This document shows positions 53,381 through 64,000 of a stretch of 64,000 nt of DNA, piece after piece (the first letter of the stretch is position 1; each line of letters begins with the position of its first letter). The DNA is from the human T2T-CHM13v2.0 reference genome, Homo sapiens. Made by a program: the position numbers and the translations under genes. Where the stretch lies: the NCBI RefSeq assembly GCF_009914755.1, contig NC_060940.1, one strand, 5' to 3'. The notes under the pieces were generated by a model, which saw only the letters and a list, made by a program, of their open reading frames with translations, had not been told where the DNA came from and ran no database searches.

Positions 53381-55579
53381 GGTTTCATAGGTGTATAATT
53401 ATCCCCAAACTGGCTATGGTGTATACATTAAATATAGGGAGTTTTATATGTCAAATAAGAGTTCCACAGGCTACAAATGTGTCAGAATTCCATAACCTTA
53501 CATCTATGATCAAGGAAAAGATTGGAGTTGATAATTATAAAGAGCCACCAGGATGATACACTCAAGAGATGAAGCATTCCAATGTCTTGCCTTTTCCTCC
53601 TTGACCCTTAGCACAGAATTTAATTGATATCCAGGTTTATTAGTTACTGTAATACAAATTTTAGAGGTGGACATGTTACCTAAATGGATATTGAGATTTC
53701 AGATTGCAGCTGCACTTTCAACTGATAGAAATGTTAGAAGCTGAAAGATAAAACTGACTTCTCACACCCAACAGTGCCTGTCAACTTGACCAAATGTCTT
53801 ATACTGCAGTACCAAGGGCACATCACCCACATGCACTGACTTTTCTATTTTGGTGAACAGAAGGGGAAGCAGCACTATCAGATAAGATAACATGATGAAT
53901 GTTCCTGGACTGCACATGTACTTTGTAAGTCCTGGATCTCTAAAAGTTCCTTGACTTAGCTGAAGACCCAGAAATTGGATGGAACTCGAGTTGAGTATGT
54001 GATGTGAAATGAATCAAGCTACCCCCTCCTTCAGTGCCTCAAACACATTGTTCAAACCAATCAGCTTAAATTGCAAAGCGAGTTGTCTCATCCAAGCTCA
54101 CAAGGTTCATGCTTCTCCTTTAAATTTCAAAGACAGTTATTGACAGTGTGTGAAGAGCCCGGGTCCTTATCAACAATTGTTTCATTAAGAAATTTCATCC
54201 CTTGCAAAGGGGTGGACTGAACATCTGCTGCAGTTAGGAAAATATGGACAAAGAGTGGAACAAACAGAAGGAAAAGAAAATAGAAAGGTGCAAACCTAAT
54301 CAGTACACCTGTGAAGTAATGAGGAAAGGGAGAGAAAGCATAATGAGGAGACTCTAGAAGTCACTCTACAAGGCAGACAGTGCCTTCTCACAATTCAAGT
54401 AATGATTCACTCCATGTTGGATATTTTTGTGCCTATATTGAATTATGCAGCTTAGTTCTGAGCACCACTAAAAAGGATTCATTCATTAGCAAAGAGCTTC
54501 ATACACATGGATCCTGAACCAGATACGAGGCTTATTCAGCTTTCTCCTTGTGCTTATTGAAATCTATTACTTCACTATCCAAAAGAAATGATAAAATGAC
54601 CAATGTAACTTCATAGTTAGTATGAGGATAGTTTTCTAGGTTCACTGTAATTAGTTTTTATACAGATATGTGCTGTGATATGCTCATTTCTGGTTCTCCT
54701 GAAACAATATAAATACATGTAGGATGTAATGCCTTTTTAGATGACATATCACCATTCCTTTTGCCCACTCATGTGTCCTCACCACCAAGAAAGGCTTTCT
54801 CAAGACTTTCTGGAAAGGACCGTATAAACAGAGACCATGGACATCTCAGCAGGAACCTGGGTAAAGAAAAGACCCCAGGAGTTTCCATGATGTAAATCAT
54901 CATGGAAAATATCTTATGAATGCCTCATAAGACCTTTTGGCCTTGGTAGAACTCTTGGGAGCTGGGGGACATTTCATGATGGACCCTCACTCCATATTCA
55001 GTGATTGAGTTTCCTGTTCACTGGCAAATCATGTTCACTTATTGAAAAAAAAGAAATGTATCCTTTGAGTGTGTGTTCTGAGATCTATGCTTAATAAACA
55101 TGTCAGATTCTTGTAAATCTGTAATGCACACACACACCCCTATATTTGTGTTCTATTTTAGAAGAATATACTGGAACCACACATACCAACCTATTAACAG
55201 AGGCTACATTAAAGAACTGAGAGAGAGTATGAGGCAAGAAGCAAAAAGGAGATTTTCATTTTGTTGCAATTTTTATTGTTTGAGGTAAAAGATTTTTGAT
55301 AGACAATCATTACTATTAAACTTTTTTAAAAGAGGAAAAAAACAAGAACACTTTGGATACTCATTTGCATTTATAATCCAATGGATTTTCCAACTAGCAT
55401 GAATTTCTTGGCAGTTACTAGGTAGGTCGAGGTGTTAGACGACTCAGCACGTAAGTGTGGTCCAGACCACAGCCAACCATTTAAACAAGTAGGAAGTCAT
55501 TCCCAACTCTAAAGAAACTGGGGCCTTTATTTCTTCCTTTCCTTTTCCCTTTTCTTCCTCCATTTCACTTCCCCCCCTC

Positions 55580-55670
55580 TTTTTTTTTCTTTTTTTGAGA
55601 CAGAGTCTCACTCTGTCACCCAGGCTGGAGTGCAGTGGTGCGACCTCGGCTCACTGCAACCTTCACTTCC
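55580..55670 (-). mobile_element. Alu 3' fragment
   Basis: 'tttgagacagagtctcactctgtcacccaggctggagtgcagtgg'. Confidence 0.85.
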
Positions 55671-56920
55671 CTTTTATTCTTTCTTTCCTTAAACTAAATC
55701 AGTACAATTACGGTGGCCACTCCGGTTTCATAATCAATATTTTTGTTGAAAACATAAGTCACATTCAGAGAAACAACACAGTCATTCATTAAATATGGAG
55801 TGAGGGTCCTTCATGGGCAATGTGAAAGGCACTGGGGATACGGAGGTAAAGAGGGCTGACTCAGTCCCATGGTGTCCTTGCTCTGATGGAGACCATATTC
55901 TACTGCAAATCTAGGTTGAAAATTCTGAGTTGAGAATAGGAAACTTCTAGAATAAAGAAATGTGCTCATCATGACTTGCTCAATTTTGCCTACATGAACG
56001 AGTAAAGGAGGCACAGAGGATCCGCACCAGACACGTCAATCTGCTTGCTACTATAGGAAATTTTGCCTTTTATGCTCCAATCAATGCATACATGGCCTCT
56101 GTTCATGCCCTGGTCATGGGGCCAGCACTGGGTGGTTCCCACGAGGGGCTATCTATGGTTGGGGCAAGGCTGGCTGAAGGCCTAATATGCAGCTTGACTG
56201 AAAGAAAAGCATTCTGGGCATACAGATTCTCTCCATCAGAAATCCAAATCTAAAAAGGACTTTGCAGAAAGATAACAGGATAGAGGGAAGTAACCCTTGG
56301 GGTGGGGCTGAGTCCCACTAATAACAGAGCATTGCAGGGAAGAGCTTTAAGTCCTGTGGTAAAGAGCTCAGACTTTGGTGCTCGGTATTTTTTTCTTTTT
56401 TAATGCAATGTCCAAGTTGCCTTTGCCAGAAGACCCTGCAAGTTCTCTCTGTCCTGATGGAGTAAGAAGCACAAACTCAAAGTCAACCAAAAAGAAAATC
56501 AAATATACATATTGTATTCATATACATGTTATCTATTTATTGATGGACCCTCATTCCATATTCAGTGAGTGAATGTGTTGTTTCCTTGGATGTGACTTAT
56601 GTTTTCAATTAAAATATCAGTTAGGCAACTGGAATGGCCACTATAATTGTACTGACTTATTTTAAAGAAGAAAAATTCTCATTTCCATGTATCAGAATTT
56701 AGGAAAAACATGTAATTATATCTTCTGAGGTAGATAACATCTGAAGGAAGAATAGTCCAAAAGAAGGAAAAATAGTCCAGTGATGCCAATTCACTGTTCT
56801 TCTTTAGAAACTGAAGAAAGCAATGTGTATGTAACATAATAAAGGACCCCAATTTAGTTTATATAGAACTTGAATTAATGAGAGCAGTTGTTACTTTTGT
56901 TTTATTTAAAAAGTACCTAT

Positions 56921-57213
<293 letters not shown>

Positions 57214-59349
57214 CTATCAGGTTCACCTCCTATGAGGTAGGGCTTAACAACTGTTAACATTCAGTCCTCAAAACTATACCATTCAATTGACACAGCTATT
57301 TTCTCCACTATACATATGAGAAAACAAAGGCACAGAAAGGTTACAGAATTTCCCCAGGGTCAAACAGCTAATAAGCACCAAAGTTGAGATTCAAACCTGG
57401 GTCTGAACCCATACTTTTAACCCTCACACTATGCAATGCCTTTGCTACATGTGGGACAATGTTGTATTCCTCCATATCTTCCAAGGTCAAATATAAATAA
57501 TACCAACCAAAATCTGGGATCATTTTCTATGGAGGAAGGGAGGCACTGAGCAGGTTACCACAGGTTAGAGAATTTGTTCGTTCTTGTGTGAAATCTCCCA
57601 TGGAATCAACACATTCTATTATTATCTGCCCAGGATGGAGCTGGATACACTTCTTACAGTAGACATGATGATATCCAAGATCCATCTCTTCTCTCAGAGT
57701 TTGGTTTTCTATTCATATTCCAAAGCTGGCATTAGCAGACTCAAGAAGGGGTCCGTTGTTCAGTTTTTAACAAGATTTCAAACTCCTACTTAAAGCGTTC
57801 AGCTTTAAATCATTTTTCTTTTATTCATTCTTCAGAGATTTCTGAGGGATTGCCAATACTTGACTCTGCTTTGACAAAGCTATCCTTGGATATCAGATTA
57901 GATAAGATGATGAATTGTACTTAAAACTCCACATAAGTTAAAAGCCCAGGAGTTTTTGCCAGAAACTTTCTCAAACACAGTTAAATCTCATAACTTGCAA
58001 AGAATGGAGGGAGTTGAGTTTGCCTATGCAATAATCCAATTCATTAATGCTGTGGCTGGGATTACTGAAACCAACAATAGGAAAATGTTCTACATTATTT
58101 CCCCCAAAGAAGCCTATACAGCTAGCAGAAATCCCCCAGGTTATGAGAGGAAAACATTTAATTCTAAATGGAAGTTAACATCGACATTATGACCAGGGAT
58201 AAAATTTCTATACTTCATAGATTCTACAATGAGTATTTTCACCTTTTCACCTCCCGGAAATTGGAATGCATATCATAATCACTGTTGGCCAGGTGTCAGT
58301 CATGAGGGAGTTGTCACTGTCTGCATATGGGCATCGACATGTGCAGAATGGCTTGCAATGGCTTGCAAAAAAAAATTCTGAGACAATAGCAAATTCTCCT
58401 ACAGTTCATCACCAAGGTGCTTAGTGGTAGCGAACTTGCAGACACTGACAACCCAGGTGAAACAGTATTCAAAAGTGCAGGTGTTTTAAGAATGTCCCAA
58501 CAAATGAATTTCACTTTTATTTCTTTTTCTACAAAGATGTGTCTAAATAAGTTTTAACTAAATTTTAATAGGTAAAAAGTCAAGGTTTTAGGAATATCCC
58601 AACACATTTATTTCATTTATATTTCACCTTTCTAATAAAAGTGTGTCCAAATGTGTTTAAAATAAATGTTTTATGAGGCAAAAAGTAAAAGTTCTGAGTG
58701 ATAAGAAAGCAGTGAGCCTATGTAATTGGCAGTCTTTTTCTTTAAGTGTCTTAATCCTACATAACATACTGGTTTCCCTTTAATCAGTGAGGTCTTAGAT
58801 ACAATGAAATATGATAATTATCAGGTAGTATAATACTATGTTTATGAACTCTGATTTTGATGGCAGATAAGCTGGGCACAACTTTTGAGCTCGACAACAT
58901 ATTCCTTCAGTTAGTTTTCTCAAATTACTCATCTCGAAGCCTCAGTTACTCATCTAGAAAATTCAGGTGCCTATTTCATAATAGTGATGACAATGAGAGA
59001 ATGCATGTTGGACACTTAGCAGAGGGCCCACAAACTCTTAACATGTGAGTGGCTCTTGATTGTTCGCTGTCTTTGGCCAGAGACTCAAAAACATTTCTTT
59101 TTTTCCATCTTCCTTGTGAACATGAGGCTCTCAGAGAACTGTGGTCGATTTTCTTATCATTTCTGCAAAATCATTTTAGTGGACAGGGAGGAGAAAAATC
59201 CTCTAATAAAAAATCCTATCACTAAGTTGAGCATACATAAGCAGTACAACCCTCTCTCCTCACTCTGAAAGGTATATTTATAGCTGCAGAGGGCAGCTGA
59301 GGTCACCAGGAAGTGGATGGAAGAAGAGTCAGTTCATCATGGAGTGAAC

Positions 59350-60058
59350 ATTAACCAATTAGGAGCAAGGACCAGGAAGGAGTCAGACAGACAATTTCCC
59401 CCTCTCTTCTCCATGATGTGGTTCCTCCTTGCAGTCCTTCTAGAAAAGTCCAGAGTGCCAAGCAAATATACTGACTCTGGGGTCCTGCTGTGCTGCATCG
59501 TGGCTCATTGTGAACCAGTGGTCAATCCAGGGACTCATCTTTGTCAATGGTGCATCATTTCCTTTCCCTCCCCTTTGCCACTGGGGGCTTGCACTCCCAA
59601 ATATAATATCAGCACTTCAATCCATATCCCTGCCTTCTAGACCCTTAGCACACCCCCATGACACACATGCTGGTGAGGATGTTGAGTTCATGTGAAGCCT
59701 TGGTAATTTTGGTTGGAAACATGTTTCTAGAATCAAGGCAATGTGGTTTGGTCAAATTCAGATGAGATTGTGGAGCCGCGTGTCCTAGATTCCAGCTTTG
59801 GCTCTAGACCTTATAAACCAACCCTGTGGCCTTTAATCTCTCTCATCAGTCTAATGGAAATCATATTACCTGCCTTCCTTATCTGGAAATGTCATCATCA
59901 GGATCAAGAGAGATAAGGTTTGAGAAAGTAATGTGTAAGCCATTAAGTAGTACACAGATGACCATTACTGCTGTCAAACAGGAATTTGGTGCAATGAACT
60001 CTGTTCCCCTTTTCTTTCAACACAAGTGTTAAACGTTTATAAAATTATGAATACTTTA
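59350..60058 (+). repeat. Inverted duplication, left arm
   Basis: Reverse complement of 62895-63612; core 59664-60015 has only 2 mismatches in 352 bp. Confidence 0.97.
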
Positions 60059-60068
60059 TGTACTGCAT

Positions 60069-60467
60069 TGTATTAGTTTCTTAGGGCTTCGGTTACAAAG
60101 TACAGCACACTGGGTGGCTTGAAACAACAGGAATTTTTTATCTGATGGTTCTGTTGGCTACAAGTCCAAAATCAATGTAGTGGCAGGATCATACTTTCTC
60201 TAAAGACTAGAGTCTCCCCCTTTTCAGCTTTTAGTAACCCCAGGTGTTCCTTGGGTGTGGCAGTGTAACCAGTTCTGCCTCTGTTTTCACATGGTCATCT
60301 CCCTGAGCATCTCTGTGTCACCAAGTCTCAATCTAAGGACACTTCTCCTTGGATTTAGGGCCACCCTAATCCAGTATGACCTAATCGTAACTGGATTATA
60401 GCAGCAAAGGCCTCATTTCTAAATAAGGTCACATTCACAGGTAACTGGGTTTAGGTCTTCAACATAT
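60069..60467 (-). mobile_element. MLT1 MaLR LTR
   Basis: 'tgtattagtttcttaggg..acactgggtggcttgaaacaacaggaattt..tggatttagggccaccctaatccagtatgacct'. Confidence 0.8.
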
Positions 60468-62612
60468 GGATCTATGAAGGTAACATCATGAAGAGAAGCT
60501 CAATTCTTTTTAACAAGCAAAATAATCTCGCTCTTAGAAATTTCTCATCATCCATGCTAAAACTGCCATGTTTTTAGTTCAAAATCTCCTGAGCCAAATA
60601 TATCAAAACTTAGCTCTATAACAGTCATTTAAGTCTGTGCCATCCTTTAAAGACTTTTCAACATTCCAATAACCAAATCATCTTGGGTAAAAGGAAAAGA
60701 GGAAAAAACGGAGAAAGGAATTCACATTCTCTTTTACATTTACAGTCTGTTTCATCATCCAAGAGTGCAATAATCGTTTTATTTAATCATCACAAACAAC
60801 CTATAAACATTGTTTTTGTTTGTTTTATAGATGAGCAAACTGAAGCTCAAATAGTAAAGGGTCATGCCTAAAGACTCAGTGTAAATGGGAGAACTTTGGA
60901 CTCTAATGCTCATGTTTTGAATCAAAACACCAAGATGGCTCTTCTTATTTTCAATTTAATTCTCAAGTAAACGCTGTGTGTAAAAACTATCCCATCATTT
61001 TAGCAACTCAACATCAAAGATATAATCTGATCAATGAAGGATGATCCTCCAATCTCTTCACACTCTAGTGCCCAAGTTTTTTGGTTGAGGAATCTCTCAC
61101 TTAGGAATCCTCCTATACACTGAATCTGAATGGCCCCAAGTGCTGGGTTATAGCTACCTTGCACCTCAGTCCTTGGTCATTCATTTATTCATCCATTTAG
61201 TGAATATTGTTGGACATCTATGTGCTATGTATAGGGTTCCAATAATGACTAAAACAAGCCCTTATGGAGCTTACAGTTTCTTGGTGGCTAAAGCATTGGC
61301 CCTGCAGGTCAAATCAGCATTTCACTTTCAATGCTAAGGATGGAAATGACTTTGGTCAAATCAACCTAAAACTGAAAAGCCAAGAAGGAAAAAACGATGT
61401 TTATATACTTGATGTGAATCAGTTCAATCAATTCCTACAGGTCATAGACTTCTCCTTGTCTCAGAGCCCAGTAAATATTACTGGAGAGAGAGAGAGAGAG
61501 AGAGAGAATGAAGAAACTGCCAAAAAATGAACAAAAGAGGGAATGAAAGGAATGTCCATCTATGCAAGCAACTCTTGGTTGCAATATTACCTTTTTCCAT
61601 ATCACAGAGGATGTTTGAAGAAAAATATTACTTCTAAGTGCATAAGCACTGACCTGCTTTAATAATTCAGATCAGAGTACAGGTTCTAAGATCTTCCAGA
61701 ATGTTGCATTAAAATCTAAGATACACAAGGCAGGAAAAGGTATAGTCAAATTCGAGGGCACAAAAGTCAGCCACCATGGGTGGGCTGGAAAGGGGTGAGG
61801 GGAGTTCTCCCTGCAAAGTGCCAGGGAGAAGGTTTTGCTGATGCCAGAGAACAATGGAGACAGGGAAGAAGTAGGGAGAGTCAGAGGCACCTCAGATTAG
61901 TTTGTTTTTCCTTCCTATAGATTTCTATGTGTTTGAAATCTTTGAGACCTTTTTTCCCCTTTGTCTTCTGAAACACATGAAAATGTTCAGTGTAATGCAT
62001 TTGTCATCAAGGCAGATAAAGCACATCTGCAGTCAGCCAAGAATAATGTAGCAATGGCCCAATTGTGTCTGGGTCTGCATTTGACTAGCTGTATGCAGTT
62101 CTCCAACCTGGACAAGGTCAGAATGAGTTCCTATCACCAGGCTTTATCAAGTAGCCATGAGTCTGGACAAAAGCAAATCATGCGTGTTCACTGCATCATT
62201 GTTTGCAATGCTGAAGACTGGGAGTGGCCCAAATATTACTGGAAGGGGAATTGATACTTACACTATGGTGAATTCAAATAATGCAGCTCCATGCAAAGCG
62301 TTCAGGCAAAACAGCTAGATCCATATGGAGTAACATGGCTAAATTGTACACATTTAGTGACACATGTAACTGTAATATAATTATTTATGTGTGTTTTATT
62401 TATAAATTATATACATGTTCAATCATACTAGTATATTTTATACCTTCTAAAGTATATACTAGATGAAAATAAAAAAGAATGAGATGAAAAATAAAAATGA
62501 AAATATTTTCTTGTTGACCCCAGTGGATTATGTTGCAGACATAAAATTTGAAGACCATAGCTCTCATATATAGTGTTAACTGAAAGGGACACAGTATCTA
62601 GCATTTCCTCTA

Positions 62613-62845
62613 GCAGAGGCATTGGCAAACGTTTTCTATGAAGGGCCAAATAGTAAATATTTTCAGCTTTTGGGCCAGACAGTCTCTGTCACAACTGAAA
62701 ATACTCAACTCTGCCCTGGTAGTGTGAAAGTGGCTGTGGCAATATGTAAAGAAATGCACATGGCTGAGTTCCAATAAAACTTTGTTTACAAAAAGGACTG
62801 CCTTTAGAATTTCACCTGTGGGTCATAGTTTTTTGACCACTGCTC
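62613..62845 (+). mobile_element. MER58A
   Basis: 'ggcaaacgttttctatgaagggccaaatagtaaatattttcagcttt..actcaactctgcc..gttccaataaaacttt'. Confidence 0.8.
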
Positions 62846-62894
62846 TGGTAAAATATCATTTGTATAAAAGCCAAAAAACACACGCAACTTACTT

Positions 62895-63612
62895 GAAGTT
62901 TTCACAACTGTATAAATGTTTAACACTGAACTTGTATTGACAGAAAAGGGGAACAGAGTTCATTGCATCAAATTCCTGTTTGACAGCAGTAATGGTCATC
63001 TGTGTACTACTTAATGGCTTACACATTACTTTCTCAAACCTTATCTCTCTTGATCCTGATGATGACATTTCCAGATAAGGAAGGCAGGTAATATGATTTC
63101 CATTAGACTGATGAGAGAGATAAAAGGCCACAGGGTTGGTTTATAAGGTCTAGAGCCAAAGCTGGAATCTAGGACACGCGGCTCCACAATCTCATCTGAA
63201 TTTGACCAAACCACATTGCCTTGATTCTAGAAACATGTTTCCAACCAAAATTACCAAGGCTTCACATGAACTCAACATCCTCACCAGCATGTGGGTCATG
63301 GGAGTGTGCTAAGCGTCTAGAATGCAGGGATATGGATTGAATTGTTGATATTTTATTTGGGAAGTGTAAGTCCCCAGTGGTGAAGGGGAGGGAAAGGAAA
63401 TGATGCAAAGTATCTATGGAGATGGCCTCCTGGATTGACCACTGGTTCACAATGAGCCACGATGCAGCACAGCAGGACCCCAGAGTCAGTATATTTGCTT
63501 GGCACTCTGGACTTTTCCAGAAGAACTGTAAGGAGGGACCATATCATAGAGATGAGAGGGGAAAATTGTCTGTTTGGCTCTTTCCTGTCCTTTGCTTTCC
63601 ATTGATTTCAAT
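62895..63612 (-). repeat. Inverted duplication, right arm
   Basis: Reverse complement of 59350-60058; the ORF track shows near-identical peptides on opposite strands (59826+ and 62889-). Confidence 0.97.
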
Positions 63613-64000
63613 GGGATAAAACAACATAGAAATTTCAGTAATCTTATCCTATAAATTTTGGTAATCTCCATTAGTGCTGTGGTTCAATCTGAGAAGACTA
63701 TCACCGGGGCTTCTGTTATGATCCCATGGGCAGTTTCTTCAATCACCTACAGGAGATAAAAGGGTGAGTGTTATAGGATGAAAATATCACCCTGCTTTGT
63801 ATATGTGTGTATTTTTAAATGAAACCTGTAGAATTGAAAAATTCAGAAAGTTATAAAGGATGTTGTTATAATTATCAGTGTATCTAATGGATGATGTCAG
63901 AACTATTGAAGTATCTACCTTATTTGTGATAATATATATTTTAAGATAATAAAACATGACAGGTAAAGATGAAGTCTCTTATGTTTTCCTCCCTATGCTT

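Noticed and set aside
59317-63547. Duplicated peptides on opposite strands as a paralogous gene pair
   Set aside because: They simply reflect the inverted DNA repeat; diverged blocks contain frameshifting indels and no protein family is recognisable

Overview
This is primate (very probably human) non-coding genomic DNA, roughly 38-40% GC by eye and CpG-depleted. It is dense in Alu, L1, L2, MIR, MaLR/ERVL LTRs and hAT/TcMar DNA transposons. I see no credible protein-coding gene, rRNA, tRNA or CRISPR; all listed ORFs are short or derive from repeats. Repeat family calls come from recognising consensus motifs by eye, and boundaries of old elements are approximate. The strongest unexplained structures are: (1) a ~0.7-kb inverted duplication (59350-60058 / 62895-63612) around a ~2.8-kb spacer, whose arms alternate ~80%-identical and 99-100%-identical blocks, the footprint of gene conversion and likely inversion toggling; (2) a very homogeneous 25 x 26-bp minisatellite (14468-15133) built on a perfect 20-bp CpG-centred palindrome, sitting exactly where a 5'-intact L1 loses its 3' part inside an otherwise seamless older L1; (3) a MADE1 MITE with a perfect 31-bp stem carrying miR-548-type sequences; (4) several atypical insertions and local templated duplications, namely a tail-less Alu with a TSD, a trimeric Alu, and 106-, 54- and 32-bp copies. 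I found no evidence of a new gene-encoded system; the interesting biology here is structural or regulatory.
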